Below, piece by piece: positions 8,132-18,900 of a stretch of DNA of 64,000 bases (its first letter is position 1; the number at the start of each line of letters is the position of its first letter). The notes beneath the pieces were generated by a model. It saw nothing but the letters and a program-made list of their open reading frames with translations. It did no database searches and had not been told where the DNA came from. This stretch comes from a virus. The stretch covers positions 31,872-95,871 of IMG/VR virus record IMGVR_UViG_3300020045_009879, one strand, 5' to 3'. The position numbers and the translations under genes were made by a program.

Positions 8132-11100
8132 TTAACACTTAGTTTTAAATATATTATTATTTAATGCATGCCTAAAGGCGCTTCTTTCTTCTCTGGTGGA
8201 ATTACTCAAGAAATCCCTTACTGTACCAGTAATCTGTTGAGAATCAGAATCTATAATTTCATTTGGGGCATACTTTTGAGTTGCTGATCTGATAATATTC
8301 TTTTTAAGTTTCTTTGCCTTAGTATTCATTAATTCATTCGTAAGCATCATATTTTGAACCATGGCGGCCTCTAATACACTTTGCTGATTAACAGATGAAC
8401 CATTGAAGAAGGATACTATAGAGTCAAAGAATGATGCAAATTTACTAAATAACGTTTCGAGCAATGATTTACTTTTCTCTACACCAATCTTTTCGTATGT
8501 GCTATCGCTAAGATATACACTATTCATTAGATCTTGGATGTGTTTTCTAGATGATAGTTCTGAGATAAAGTCCATCTGACTATTTAGCATATACAAGGAT
8601 TTCCTTAGATCATCTTGCATATCTTTATCATCCGCAAAGATACTATTAATTGCCTCGGAATCCAACCTCCCATCTTTGATAAATTGTCCATATGTAAGTG
8701 GCTCATCATCAATTATAAAGTTAGCGCCATCAAAAGAGCTTACAATGGGTTCATCACTAATGGCACCCATGGCATCGTCGTATATCATGTCAACATTGTC
8801 AGCTATCTGTTTGAACCTGGGGTCGCCATTCTTACCAAGAAGATATGACTCTGCCATCATGGAGTGCTGTATCTCGTGTAATATCGTTTCTTTTGCAAAA
8901 GACATTGAGCCAGTCCTATCTATCTCTTGCTCAAATAAACCATTATATATTGTTATCTGACTCTTGCCATCTACAATATTAAACTCTGCAATAGAGTTAT
9001 TAACACTTGGTTCATCGCTGTATTTAACAGATATATCCTGAATATTATCTGGAAGTTGTTTCAGCAACTCTACAATCCATTTTGAATATGTAGTATCAAT
9101 CTGTTCTACTACAGGTAATAAAGATCTAACATCTGTCTGCTCCTTAAGCATACGCAGGAAGAATACCTTCTCTGTATTAAAGTCATTAGATAAAGAGTTA
9201 ATATTTGCCATTCCTCCAACAAAATAACCTGTAGATATTGCATCTGGTTTGTAATCAGTAAAATACCCAGAGTCGAATACCTTTTTACCAACCTTATTCA
9301 TTGAGGACTCAAAATAAGAGGCCGATCCTTTTAATATAGAATAGTCATATTTTTTGTATAATGCAAGCTTATTATTTCCACTACTTATCGGAGAATCAAA
9401 GATATATATATTAGCATTAGGAGAACCCTTAGAGCTTTTTATAAACAGAGGTATTTCCTCTAATTTAAAATTTTGCCCTATCCTTACAAAATTCCTGTCT
9501 AAACTTTTATGATAATTACCCCCGACAGAGTTAAAATTAGAATACCTGGAATCCAGTACATTAAATGGTATTATATACTGAGGATTGTTTCTATAGAATA
9601 AATTAATAAACTCATCTACATGTGATCCATCTCTCAGATCTCTTACTTTTTCTGCAAGCTTAGAATAGAACCCGATTGACTCAAGGGCATCTATTGGTAT
9701 CACTTTTACAAAACTTGTCTTGGTTTTATTGCCACTAGTAAGAAATTCATACATTATTATTGATGTAGTCAATTGTCTAACATCATCATCGGTATCTTTA
9801 GATAATGTATAGAATCCATCCATGGCCCTCTCTAAATCTGCATTGTTTTTTAGATCACCATTAAATGAAATGATTTTGTTTGTCTTATTAATAGACACAG
9901 ATGTAAGAAACTTATTATTTTTATATTTAGAGCTAGTACTTGACTGTAACTCCCTGATTTTCTTGGATATATTGGCACCAATTTCTTCTACCGTTCCGTG
10001 GATACCAAAAGATTCAGATATAACTTTAGAGAATACGTAAGACTTATACCCATCAACCACAGAACTTATCATCTGCGGTTTTGTCTTTTTGTTCAATCCG
10101 TTAAATAATGTAATCTTATCTATGGCGGTCATTAAAATACTACCATTATATCCAAGCACTTTATCTATGTCAAAGATTATATCCTCTGCCAAAACTAAAT
10201 TATTACCGGTGGTATTCAATTCTCCATTAAGAGATTGGGTAAACTTGTCAGAATTGATTATGGATCCATCATTACCTGAAGACAATATGCTACTTAATAA
10301 TAAGTTATTCTCTGCACTATTAGATTTAAATCCCTTATCAAATCCAGTTTGATTATTAAGATCAAAGAGTTTATTGGCTATCTTAGACAATGGGGTAAAG
10401 ATATTCTTCATAATATCTATCTGATGAGCCACCCATAACGCCTTTGTTTCTGGCAGTGCCCCTTGTCCGGATACAAGTTGCTGCCCCGTATTATAAATAT
10501 TATACAGTTCTTGCTCATTATAGACCTTGCTAGACAGTTTCTTTGTTTCAGTGGCAACTTGTACCGCTGTTACATCTAATTGCCTTAAAAGGTCTGCAAA
10601 TGCAATCTTTGTGGCAGTCTTAAGATTCAATGTTTTTCCGCTAGTTCTAACAACACCCTTTGAATTACCAATAAGACCAGATACTATCTTAACGATCTCT
10701 TGGTTTAGTATCGCTGGAACATATGTTAGTGGCAGTGAATTATTATTACTGTCGGATAATAACATAAGAGATTCTGCAATATTGAATGTAAAACTATTTA
10801 GTCCGTTGGGGATTAAATTACCATTCTTTGCATTGTCAATAGATTCTGATAGTAAAATAACTATATTTCTAAGTGCAGTTCGATCTTCGAAATCCAAACT
10901 AAGAGACGAATTGCTTCCGGTCCATTTGCCAACAACAGATTTGCCGTATGGATTTATGTATCTTAAAATCAATGGATTAGATCTTCCATTAAGACTAAGT
11001 TTTGATACGGATAAATCTTTAAAGATCATACCCTTCTTATATGCGAGTATAATGGACGACATTGCCTTTGCATAAATATCAATACCCCCTTTGGCGGACT

Positions 11101-14100
11101 GTTGTGATTTATATTCTTGTGTTTGACGCTGCCATGAATACCATGGTGCTTTTGGCTGTAATATCTTATATTTCTTGCCAGTATCTTTTAGATCATCGGC
11201 ATCTAATGCCTCAAGGGACATTCTTGCAACATTGGGGTTAGATAATACAGACTCAAATAAATCAACGTAATCATTCTCTATTGCTTGTCTAGAAACATCC
11301 TCTACAGATGGGCGACTATCTTCGTTAAAATTACTTTCTATGAAACTATTTACTGCGTCATTATTAATTGATACATGACCATTTTCATCGTATTGAGTTA
11401 CACCTTTTGGGATAGAGACAAGTTTATTATCTTTTGTTAAAAATGCATTCCTCCAATATTGGTATAATTTATCAATGTCAAAGTCGGATCCAGTCTGAAC
11501 AACGATTTCTTGCGGTACTATAACCATTGTGCCCATACCCTTAGGCGTAAATCCAACGATCTTAAATAACACCTGAGACTGATGCAACTGGTTAGGCAAA
11601 CGCATCCCTATGATGTTAAGTAGCGATGGATCTATATTGTTTAGGTCAATACTATTCATATTGACAGAACTTCCCATTGATATAAAGTCAAATGGTAAAA
11701 TTATTTCTGCAACATGAACTTCTTCGCCGCCATTCTCTTTAGGTTTTATTCTAGTGTATTTTAATTGCTCACCAGAATCCCTGCCGTTAAACATTACGAC
11801 GCCATCACGAGGAACAATTTCTGTCTTAACAGTAACCTTACCGCTCCCAGTCAGTGGGAACTGCGGATTAGCCCTGCCTGGTCTTTGCAGTTTAATGACA
11901 TCTGTATATTGAGAGAACAGAAATTCTTCTAGAGATTTCCTTGAATATGACCAGAACAATGGTAACCCATATTTATCTGCAACTAGTGCAGAGTTTGATT
12001 CATTATTTGATATACCAGAGTCAACTTTTATGGCTTTTTTAACTATCTTTTCAATGTCAAATTCGCCATCAGTCTTTAGAGATTCATCAATAGATTGTTT
12101 GGCTATCTTTGATAATTCTGCATTAATACTGTGTTTTCTGAGGTCTAACTGTTCCCCAGAAATCTTATCTCCATGATGGGTGAATTCTTCGTCATATAAC
12201 CCCCCAAGGATTGACTTATCAGCCTGAACAACATTCGTCTGTAATCCTTCACCTAAATGCGTAGGAGTCTCTTGTTGATAACCAAAACCAGTCCATGGAA
12301 GTTCTCCTGACGATTGGTCTAATGCAGCACGAAGATCTTTTGCATTTTTTATTGTAAATGCTGAATCTTTCCCGTATATTGATACGGGAGTAATGCCCCC
12401 CTGTTTGCCGGAAGATTTATGAGGAATCCTACCAATGTGTTGATCTTTAGAAGGATCTTCATCATAACCCATCTCCATAGCCTCAACAAGATTAACTAAA
12501 TCTTGGTTAACAGACTTTGCAAATTCTTGAGTTAAGGGTAGTTCTGCAGATTTCATGAACACCTTTACCGCAATGTTCTCTCCACCAATTTCTTTTACAA
12601 CAATGGCTACCTGTCTTGGTTTACCTGCACCGATAATAAAATGTTTACTATATTTTTTATTTACTGTGCCATCCTCTGCATATTGCCTTCTAAGCTGAAC
12701 AAATTCCCAATCTTTAATTACTCCAGTACGATATAATGCATCTAACTTATTATAGAAAGAAACATACTCTAAGCCATCGGTACCTTTACCAGTATATTTA
12801 TCGACTTGATTTTGCAGATTCTTTGGTAGAGACGTTAGATAGTCTTTACCGTCCGTACGGGAATCATCGACATAAGCAACCTTATAAGTTGGTTTACTAG
12901 ATATAACAGATCCATCGTTGAGAGTAATAGTGTATTCTCCAACTGCATCTACGGCTGGAGATATGTCTGATGACAATCTCTTCTGATACTCATTCATAAA
13001 TTTCTCCATCGCAGAGTTTATTGCGATAGCATTTGATGGATCTTTTATGCCATTGACCTTATTGTCATCTGACTCTGACTTAATCATTTTCTGTAAAGAC
13101 TGTGAGGATTGTGCTGGATCACCAGACATAACTAACCCAAACCCACCCATGATAGAGAATGAATTCATTGATGACTCCAGAGACAATAATGATAACACAC
13201 GAAGCATCTCATCATTATAGATATTATTCTTGTGTGATGAGGATTGATTTGGTGAGACCACAAACTCATCGTCAATTTGTTCGTCATCAAAGATATCTTC
13301 AGAAGCATATTCATTAGATACAGTCTGTTTCTTCATAAATGGAGCATATCCTTTTGATTTTCCCCATTCGTATTTTATTAGGTTAGTATAATATTTACTA
13401 CCACTGGTTTTAAGCAGACCTAGTTTCTCCCAACTATTTAAGTCTGAGCTTATCTGACTTATAAAATGATTATATAATGCTTCTTTAAATTTAGCCTCAA
13501 TATGCTTTTTATTAAGATCTAAATCGCCAATGCCTTTATCTGTATAAATTGAACCATCTTTATTTCTCTTTATCAATCCATTTAAAAATGATGCAGAATA
13601 AAAAAACTGAGAGTTATATTCATAGTTTGCACCAAGTTGTTTTTTCATCTCCTTAACAACATCGCCATCCTTATGCGTTAAAACGTATATCATTCTATCT
13701 AACTCTGCAGAAACAACGGTCATAGCATTAGACATTAACTCACTATCCATGATCTGTCTCTTGCCAAACCTACTAATCAACATGTTGCCATCAACGAATG
13801 ATATCAGGTCTGTAAGTTCTGCTTTTCCACCTTCTTCTGCAATAGCATTTAACTCAACTCGTGGCACCTTAAATATTGGAGACTCTTTTTTGTCAGACTT
13901 AGTAGTATCTAGAATAGACATAAAACTACCACCTTCTTGGAATAGATACATAGCATTGACATGAAGATCCACGTCACTAAGATTACTTCTCTCTGCACCA
14001 TCATTAGTGCCATACTCCTTCATGGCATAGTTTTCGTCATATTGGAATCCATTGGTAAACTCGTCGCTGGCAGATTCTATGATGCCATAATCTCCAACCC

Positions 14101-15961
14101 TTCCCCCAAAGTGTCTATTATTGAATAATGCCAATCTTCTTAACCCAACAGTAGACGCCAATGTATCTCTTAATGCAATATTAGTCTGCAGATTTCTGAT
14201 AAGATTAAAGTTTGGAGATGGTTGTTTGTAATTATATCTAGGTTTACCGCCAATACCAATGAAGTTATTTGCAAAGAATCTATTAGACGCCTTCCCTTCA
14301 ATATTGGCTAAGAATCTTAAGCCGGTCTGATTTAGGTCGTTAATAAGTTTATCGGATATTGCAGACGAAGTGATCTCGTCTGCGTTTAATTTTTTAATAT
14401 CAAACTTAGACAAAATATCTGCAATAGAACCAAATACACCAGACTTTAAGTGTGATGTGGAGAATCCTTTAGATGCAAGATTATAAGAGTTCCTTCTATT
14501 GTAAAGAGTCTTAGCGTCACCAGATAGCAATGCAGCAAAAGAATTATCAGACAGTTTTATCCCAAGATCCTCAAGCATTCTAGTGGCATAACCCTTAATT
14601 AAATTATTCTTATCTTCATTGGATAAAGATCTATTCTCTTCTAAAAGGGTTTTTAGTGATTTAAACTCCTCACCAATACTCTTTATATGATCAGCATAGC
14701 CAAACAGATTCCCCACGAATTTAGACTCATACAGAAGGTCTAGTACGTTAGATATGTCTGAATACCATTGCTTGATAACAACGCTCTCTATGCGACTATT
14801 ATTGGCCTTGGCGACCCTGCTAGCGGCTGGATCTTTACTGTTGATTAAAATGACAACGGGTTGGTTCCGCTGTTTATTCATTGCATTCTGAAACTGAATC
14901 CTAAGTTGCTGATTTTTACTATCGTTCAGAGTATTGTATACAACCTCAAAGAAATTATCTTTCGGATGGTTTTTTGACTCATTTAAGAGTGTGTTCATCA
15001 TACCTTTCTCTGAGAAATCATTATTGGCAGTCAGCACCATTAACACTTCTTTATAGACCCTAGACTGGTCATAGAGTGTTGTTACCCCTAGATTATTGCC
15101 TCCAAAGTCTTTAATACCCATCATCATCGCCTTTACCTGTGCAGACGAGTATTCTTTAGGGTCCTTGCCAAGTGAATCGTCAACATCAAAAGATTTCTCC
15201 ACTACATCACTATCAGTAGCATCCTGCATAGTAGCATCTTCTGTAACTATTGAATTTAAAAACTCATCATCAAGTGAGAGTAATTGTTTTAATTTTCTTT
15301 TATTTCTAGACCTAAAGCGAATACCATTTAATTCTAAAAGGTTTATTGCATTATCTTGTAACTTATTCCATGCGTCATTGTCAAGAATCTTATCGTAAGA
15401 CCTATTGGCAGTTTTTAATGCCCTTAATAGTGCCTCATCATTTTGTGTTAACGTACTCTTACCGGCTAGTTTGGAAATGTCTTTTTCTACAGCATCCTTA
15501 AGCGTTGTAATAGTATTTTTGGCACTAGTCATAATATCCAATACCTTAGCACTTTTCTGGTGTAATAAGGCCTGAGACACCTCATAGGTAATACTATCTA
15601 CTGCAGCAGTCTTTTCTCTGAGCGACAATACTTTACCATCAGATGTTTTAACTGTATATGTGAAGTCCCGATTTTTCTTGGGGATATATTCTATTGGACT
15701 ATTTTTTGTTACCTTACTTTCCTCGTTTTGAATATTCTGCATGGCAACAGACGCCTCTTCTGTACTTAAACCACGCAACAATGTGCTCCTAGTCTCTTCG
15801 TCTAACTTAATAAACTCACTGGCATATGGAAGGCCGTCATTAGATATATTGCCATGGGTCTTATTCCAGATATTATGGGCAATATTCTCATCCTCTACCC
15901 TTTTGAGTAAATTCTTATATGAGTCGTGATTTACATTTGGACATGTTACTTTCCTTGCCAT
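8132..15961 (-). CDS. Virion-packaged single-chain RNA polymerase (crAss-type) with C-terminal zincin-like domain
   Basis: 2609 aa; RLPNQ...TGSDFDIDKL catalytic motif (DFDID at 11471-11485); TDG motif; HEIQH at 8864-8878. Confidence 0.92.
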   Translation of the reverse strand: MARKVTCPNVNHDSYKNLLKRVEDENIAHNIWNKTHGNISNDGLPYASEFIKLDEETRSTLLRGLSTEEASVAMQNIQNEESKVTKNSPIEYIPKKNRDFTYTVKTSDGKVLSLREKTAAVDSITYEVSQALLHQKSAKVLDIMTSAKNTITTLKDAVEKDISKLAGKSTLTQNDEALLRALKTANRSYDKILDNDAWNKLQDNAINLLELNGIRFRSRNKRKLKQLLSLDDEFLNSIVTEDATMQDATDSDVVEKSFDVDDSLGKDPKEYSSAQVKAMMMGIKDFGGNNLGVTTLYDQSRVYKEVLMVLTANNDFSEKGMMNTLLNESKNHPKDNFFEVVYNTLNDSKNQQLRIQFQNAMNKQRNQPVVILINSKDPAASRVAKANNSRIESVVIKQWYSDISNVLDLLYESKFVGNLFGYADHIKSIGEEFKSLKTLLEENRSLSNEDKNNLIKGYATRMLEDLGIKLSDNSFAALLSGDAKTLYNRRNSYNLASKGFSTSHLKSGVFGSIADILSKFDIKKLNADEITSSAISDKLINDLNQTGLRFLANIEGKASNRFFANNFIGIGGKPRYNYKQPSPNFNLIRNLQTNIALRDTLASTVGLRRLALFNNRHFGGRVGDYGIIESASDEFTNGFQYDENYAMKEYGTNDGAERSNLSDVDLHVNAMYLFQEGGSFMSILDTTKSDKKESPIFKVPRVELNAIAEEGGKAELTDLISFVDGNMLISRFGKRQIMDSELMSNAMTVVSAELDRMIYVLTHKDGDVVKEMKKQLGANYEYNSQFFYSASFLNGLIKRNKDGSIYTDKGIGDLDLNKKHIEAKFKEALYNHFISQISSDLNSWEKLGLLKTSGSKYYTNLIKYEWGKSKGYAPFMKKQTVSNEYASEDIFDDEQIDDEFVVSPNQSSSHKNNIYNDEMLRVLSLLSLESSMNSFSIMGGFGLVMSGDPAQSSQSLQKMIKSESDDNKVNGIKDPSNAIAINSAMEKFMNEYQKRLSSDISPAVDAVGEYTITLNDGSVISSKPTYKVAYVDDSRTDGKDYLTSLPKNLQNQVDKYTGKGTDGLEYVSFYNKLDALYRTGVIKDWEFVQLRRQYAEDGTVNKKYSKHFIIGAGKPRQVAIVVKEIGGENIAVKVFMKSAELPLTQEFAKSVNQDLVNLVEAMEMGYDEDPSKDQHIGRIPHKSSGKQGGITPVSIYGKDSAFTIKNAKDLRAALDQSSGELPWTGFGYQQETPTHLGEGLQTNVVQADKSILGGLYDEEFTHHGDKISGEQLDLRKHSINAELSKIAKQSIDESLKTDGEFDIEKIVKKAIKVDSGISNNESNSALVADKYGLPLFWSYSRKSLEEFLFSQYTDVIKLQRPGRANPQFPLTGSGKVTVKTEIVPRDGVVMFNGRDSGEQLKYTRIKPKENGGEEVHVAEIILPFDFISMGSSVNMNSIDLNNIDPSLLNIIGMRLPNQLHQSQVLFKIVGFTPKGMGTMVIVPQEIVVQTGSDFDIDKLYQYWRNAFLTKDNKLVSIPKGVTQYDENGHVSINNDAVNSFIESNFNEDSRPSVEDVSRQAIENDYVDLFESVLSNPNVARMSLEALDADDLKDTGKKYKILQPKAPWYSWQRQTQEYKSQQSAKGGIDIYAKAMSSIILAYKKGMIFKDLSVSKLSLNGRSNPLILRYINPYGKSVVGKWTGSNSSLSLDFEDRTALRNIVILLSESIDNAKNGNLIPNGLNSFTFNIAESLMLLSDSNNNSLPLTYVPAILNQEIVKIVSGLIGNSKGVVRTSGKTLNLKTATKIAFADLLRQLDVTAVQVATETKKLSSKVYNEQELYNIYNTGQQLVSGQGALPETKALWVAHQIDIMKNIFTPLSKIANKLFDLNNQTGFDKGFKSNSAENNLLLSSILSSGNDGSIINSDKFTQSLNGELNTTGNNLVLAEDIIFDIDKVLGYNGSILMTAIDKITLFNGLNKKTKPQMISSVVDGYKSYVFSKVISESFGIHGTVEEIGANISKKIRELQSSTSSKYKNNKFLTSVSINKTNKIISFNGDLKNNADLERAMDGFYTLSKDTDDDVRQLTTSIIMYEFLTSGNKTKTSFVKVIPIDALESIGFYSKLAEKVRDLRDGSHVDEFINLFYRNNPQYIIPFNVLDSRYSNFNSVGGNYHKSLDRNFVRIGQNFKLEEIPLFIKSSKGSPNANIYIFDSPISSGNNKLALYKKYDYSILKGSASYFESSMNKVGKKVFDSGYFTDYKPDAISTGYFVGGMANINSLSNDFNTEKVFFLRMLKEQTDVRSLLPVVEQIDTTYSKWIVELLKQLPDNIQDISVKYSDEPSVNNSIAEFNIVDGKSQITIYNGLFEQEIDRTGSMSFAKETILHEIQHSMMAESYLLGKNGDPRFKQIADNVDMIYDDAMGAISDEPIVSSFDGANFIIDDEPLTYGQFIKDGRLDSEAINSIFADDKDMQDDLRKSLYMLNSQMDFISELSSRKHIQDLMNSVYLSDSTYEKIGVEKSKSLLETLFSKFASFFDSIVSFFNGSSVNQQSVLEAAMVQNMMLTNELMNTKAKKLKKNIIRSATQKYAPNEIIDSDSQQITGTVRDFLSNSTREERSAFRHALNNNIFKTKC

Positions 15962-15962
15962 A

Positions 15963-18900
15963 TTATTTCTTGCATATATCGTGAATATTCTCTATCTCTT
16001 CGTCATCATCCATGGTTATCTCAAAACCACCAGAGGTAATTGTTACCTCATTAGAACTGCCAATAACTTCAATTTTCTTTGAAGTATTACTATTATCCGC
16101 AACAGTCTCGGTAACGATTGGTACAACAGTTAGCACCTCCACTATAGGCTTTTTAGATTCTACCGATATATTAGGAATTTCAAATTCTAATACTGGTTGC
16201 ACAAAATATACTCCTTTAGTAGTATTGCCAAACGGTATCTCGCCAGCAACCTTAAATTGAATCATCCTATTGTTCTTATAGAAATCGCTAATAGTCTCTG
16301 CCTCAACAGTATGCGTGCCGTCAGGATGAATCATTATTACATTATTGTCGGTATTACCATTGTTATCTAGGCCCAGATGCTTCTTGGAAAAGTTCATTAA
16401 CATACTAGATGCGTCGGACGTCAACATATTTATCTCCGCATTAGTAGGTTTGACCGCTTCGAAAATAGTCTTAGTGCTTCCCGCGTGTTTCCATTCAATA
16501 ACGAATTTATCATTCTCATCAAAGTTCATGTGGAATTGCCATCCCTTAGATTTAGACGAATTTAACAACGTGGTAATATATGAGTATAAACCCATTCTCC
16601 TTAACTGATCAATGCTTTTTGTTTCTGGATTCAATCCATTTCTTAATCTATATTTAGATCCTAGATCATGAAGTATATCTTTTACACCTTTATTTTTATA
16701 GAACATTTCTAATGCGGTACCTATTGATGCAGACCATTTCTCTCCAAGTGGACTTGCGTAGGCTATCTGTGGAGACAGCATGCCATTAGCGGTGGGAACC
16801 ATTACAACGGGAGTACCATCAATAGCCTTGAACATTATACCATTAGTAATTGGATTACCATTCACATCCTGCGCAACACCACCTTGCATAAACCCCCACA
16901 TATTACCAGATGAACCAGTATATTTCTTTACATCTTCCTCTAGGTTCGGAGCACTCTCGGTGATTGGCATCTTTTCTTCTGTAGAGAAAATCATTCCTGC
17001 ACCTACGTTGGTAATTTTAGATTCTACCTTAAAATTCTTATTGCCCTTATTGAACTGCTTTTTAAATTCTTCCCTAAGTTTATCTATTGAATCTATGTCT
17101 TGTACTATTTTTGTCTCACCCTCTTTATTATCCGCAGGAGCAATGTGTGTTCTTTCTCTAGCATCATTTCTTTCTTCTAGCCATGCGTGTTCTGGCAGAT
17201 AACCAACCAATTCATCATTAATAAATATGCCGATTGGCATTTCATTCTTTTTGTTATCCCCATATGTAAGATTATCTTTGGCTGCATCACTAGGTGATAC
17301 GTCTTTAGTGGCATAAGAACCATCTTTTTCGTTTACTATTGGCCTTCCATTTATACCTCTTTGAATGGATTTAACGGCGCCATCGACGACTCTTAAGGTT
17401 ATTTTTGCACCATTAGTAAAGGAGAAATCTGAGTTCTTTAAAAACTCCTGATTGACACTGTCAGGGTTACTCTTAATTAACCATTCGCCAGTAGATTCAT
17501 TCTTTACGTAGGAATATTTTGATGCAAGATAGTTTACAGCAATTGCCATTAACCTCTTTCTGGTATCCATTAATGTAGATTTCTTCTCACTATCTAGTAT
17601 CTTTGACGCTAATTCTCTGGCCTCCTTGGGAGATCTATTTACTATACGATCTGGCCTCTTATTCGTTGGTTCAACCTCTTTTTTGTCAGAATATGTTTTG
17701 ATGATGGACGACATGTCTAATTGACCACCCTCAGCGACATGTGCAACAACTTGATCGTAAATATCTTTGCCAATAATATTCTCTCCAATAACAACCTTAG
17801 TGTCTGGATTTTCAACAGCCTGAAACATATGCAATTGGTTGTTTAGCTCCTGTGCGCCCTTCATTACCAAAACAATAGCCTCTAATTCAGAAGTTGCATT
17901 CGTAAGATGCCGTATCTTAAACTTCTTTCCGTCAGGAGTTGGGAATAGTGTAAAAAAATTATCTGGATTACCATTTACACCATTTTCTTTTACTAAATGC
18001 ACTGCTGGATTTTCTTTATCAAATTTAGATCCCGTAATATCTTCATATTTATCTTGCGGAACACTGGTCAGTTTTACAATGTTATCTTTTACCTTTTGGG
18101 TACCATCTTCGCTACTAGTTACATACTTTGAATGCATATATTCTTCCTGTACGGAATTACCACTATTGGTAACTATAGACGGTATAACGCTATTAACATT
18201 ATCAACACTTGGAGTAGTTCTAACCACTTCATTTGCATATATTTGCTTTTCGCCGATAGGAGTCTCAATTACAATAGGTTCTGTCTTTGGAGTAATATCA
18301 GCAGCATTCTTTGTAGCCTTTGCATTATCAATTTGATTCTTAACCTCTTCGGCCTGCTTCTTCCTATCAGACCTGAGCGCATCCCTTGTTTCTTCTGAAA
18401 TTGCAGCTTTATATGCTTCTTTGGCCTCGTCCATCATCGTTGTTAGATTTGACCTAAGTGCTATTAAATTCTTTATATTATCCTTGCTATTGAATAATTT
18501 TTCATCTAATGTTCCGTCAAAGTTGATATTTTGCTCTAAAGATTTTTGATTTTCAATTTCCTTATCCGTTGACTCAATTTTGTCTTTCAACACATTTATG
18601 CCAATAACATATCCAAGTATTTCTTTAGCATTTTCTCTACCGGATAAGTCTTCCCCCTTAGCAAATTTTACAACACTATTAAGTTTCTCTATGGCAAGTT
18701 GCGCCCTCTCTTTTTCTTTGGGGGTGGAATTTCTATTTTCTAAAACATTCTGAAATGCGGCAATCTTTGTTTGTGTTCCAGATAGATTAATGCCTACACC
18801 TTCCTCCGAGTTTAATGCATCGACTGCTACAGAAGATATAGCCATATCATATCCAAATGCCTCAGGGTCTGCGTCTACATCTTTAGATGTCATAAAGTCT

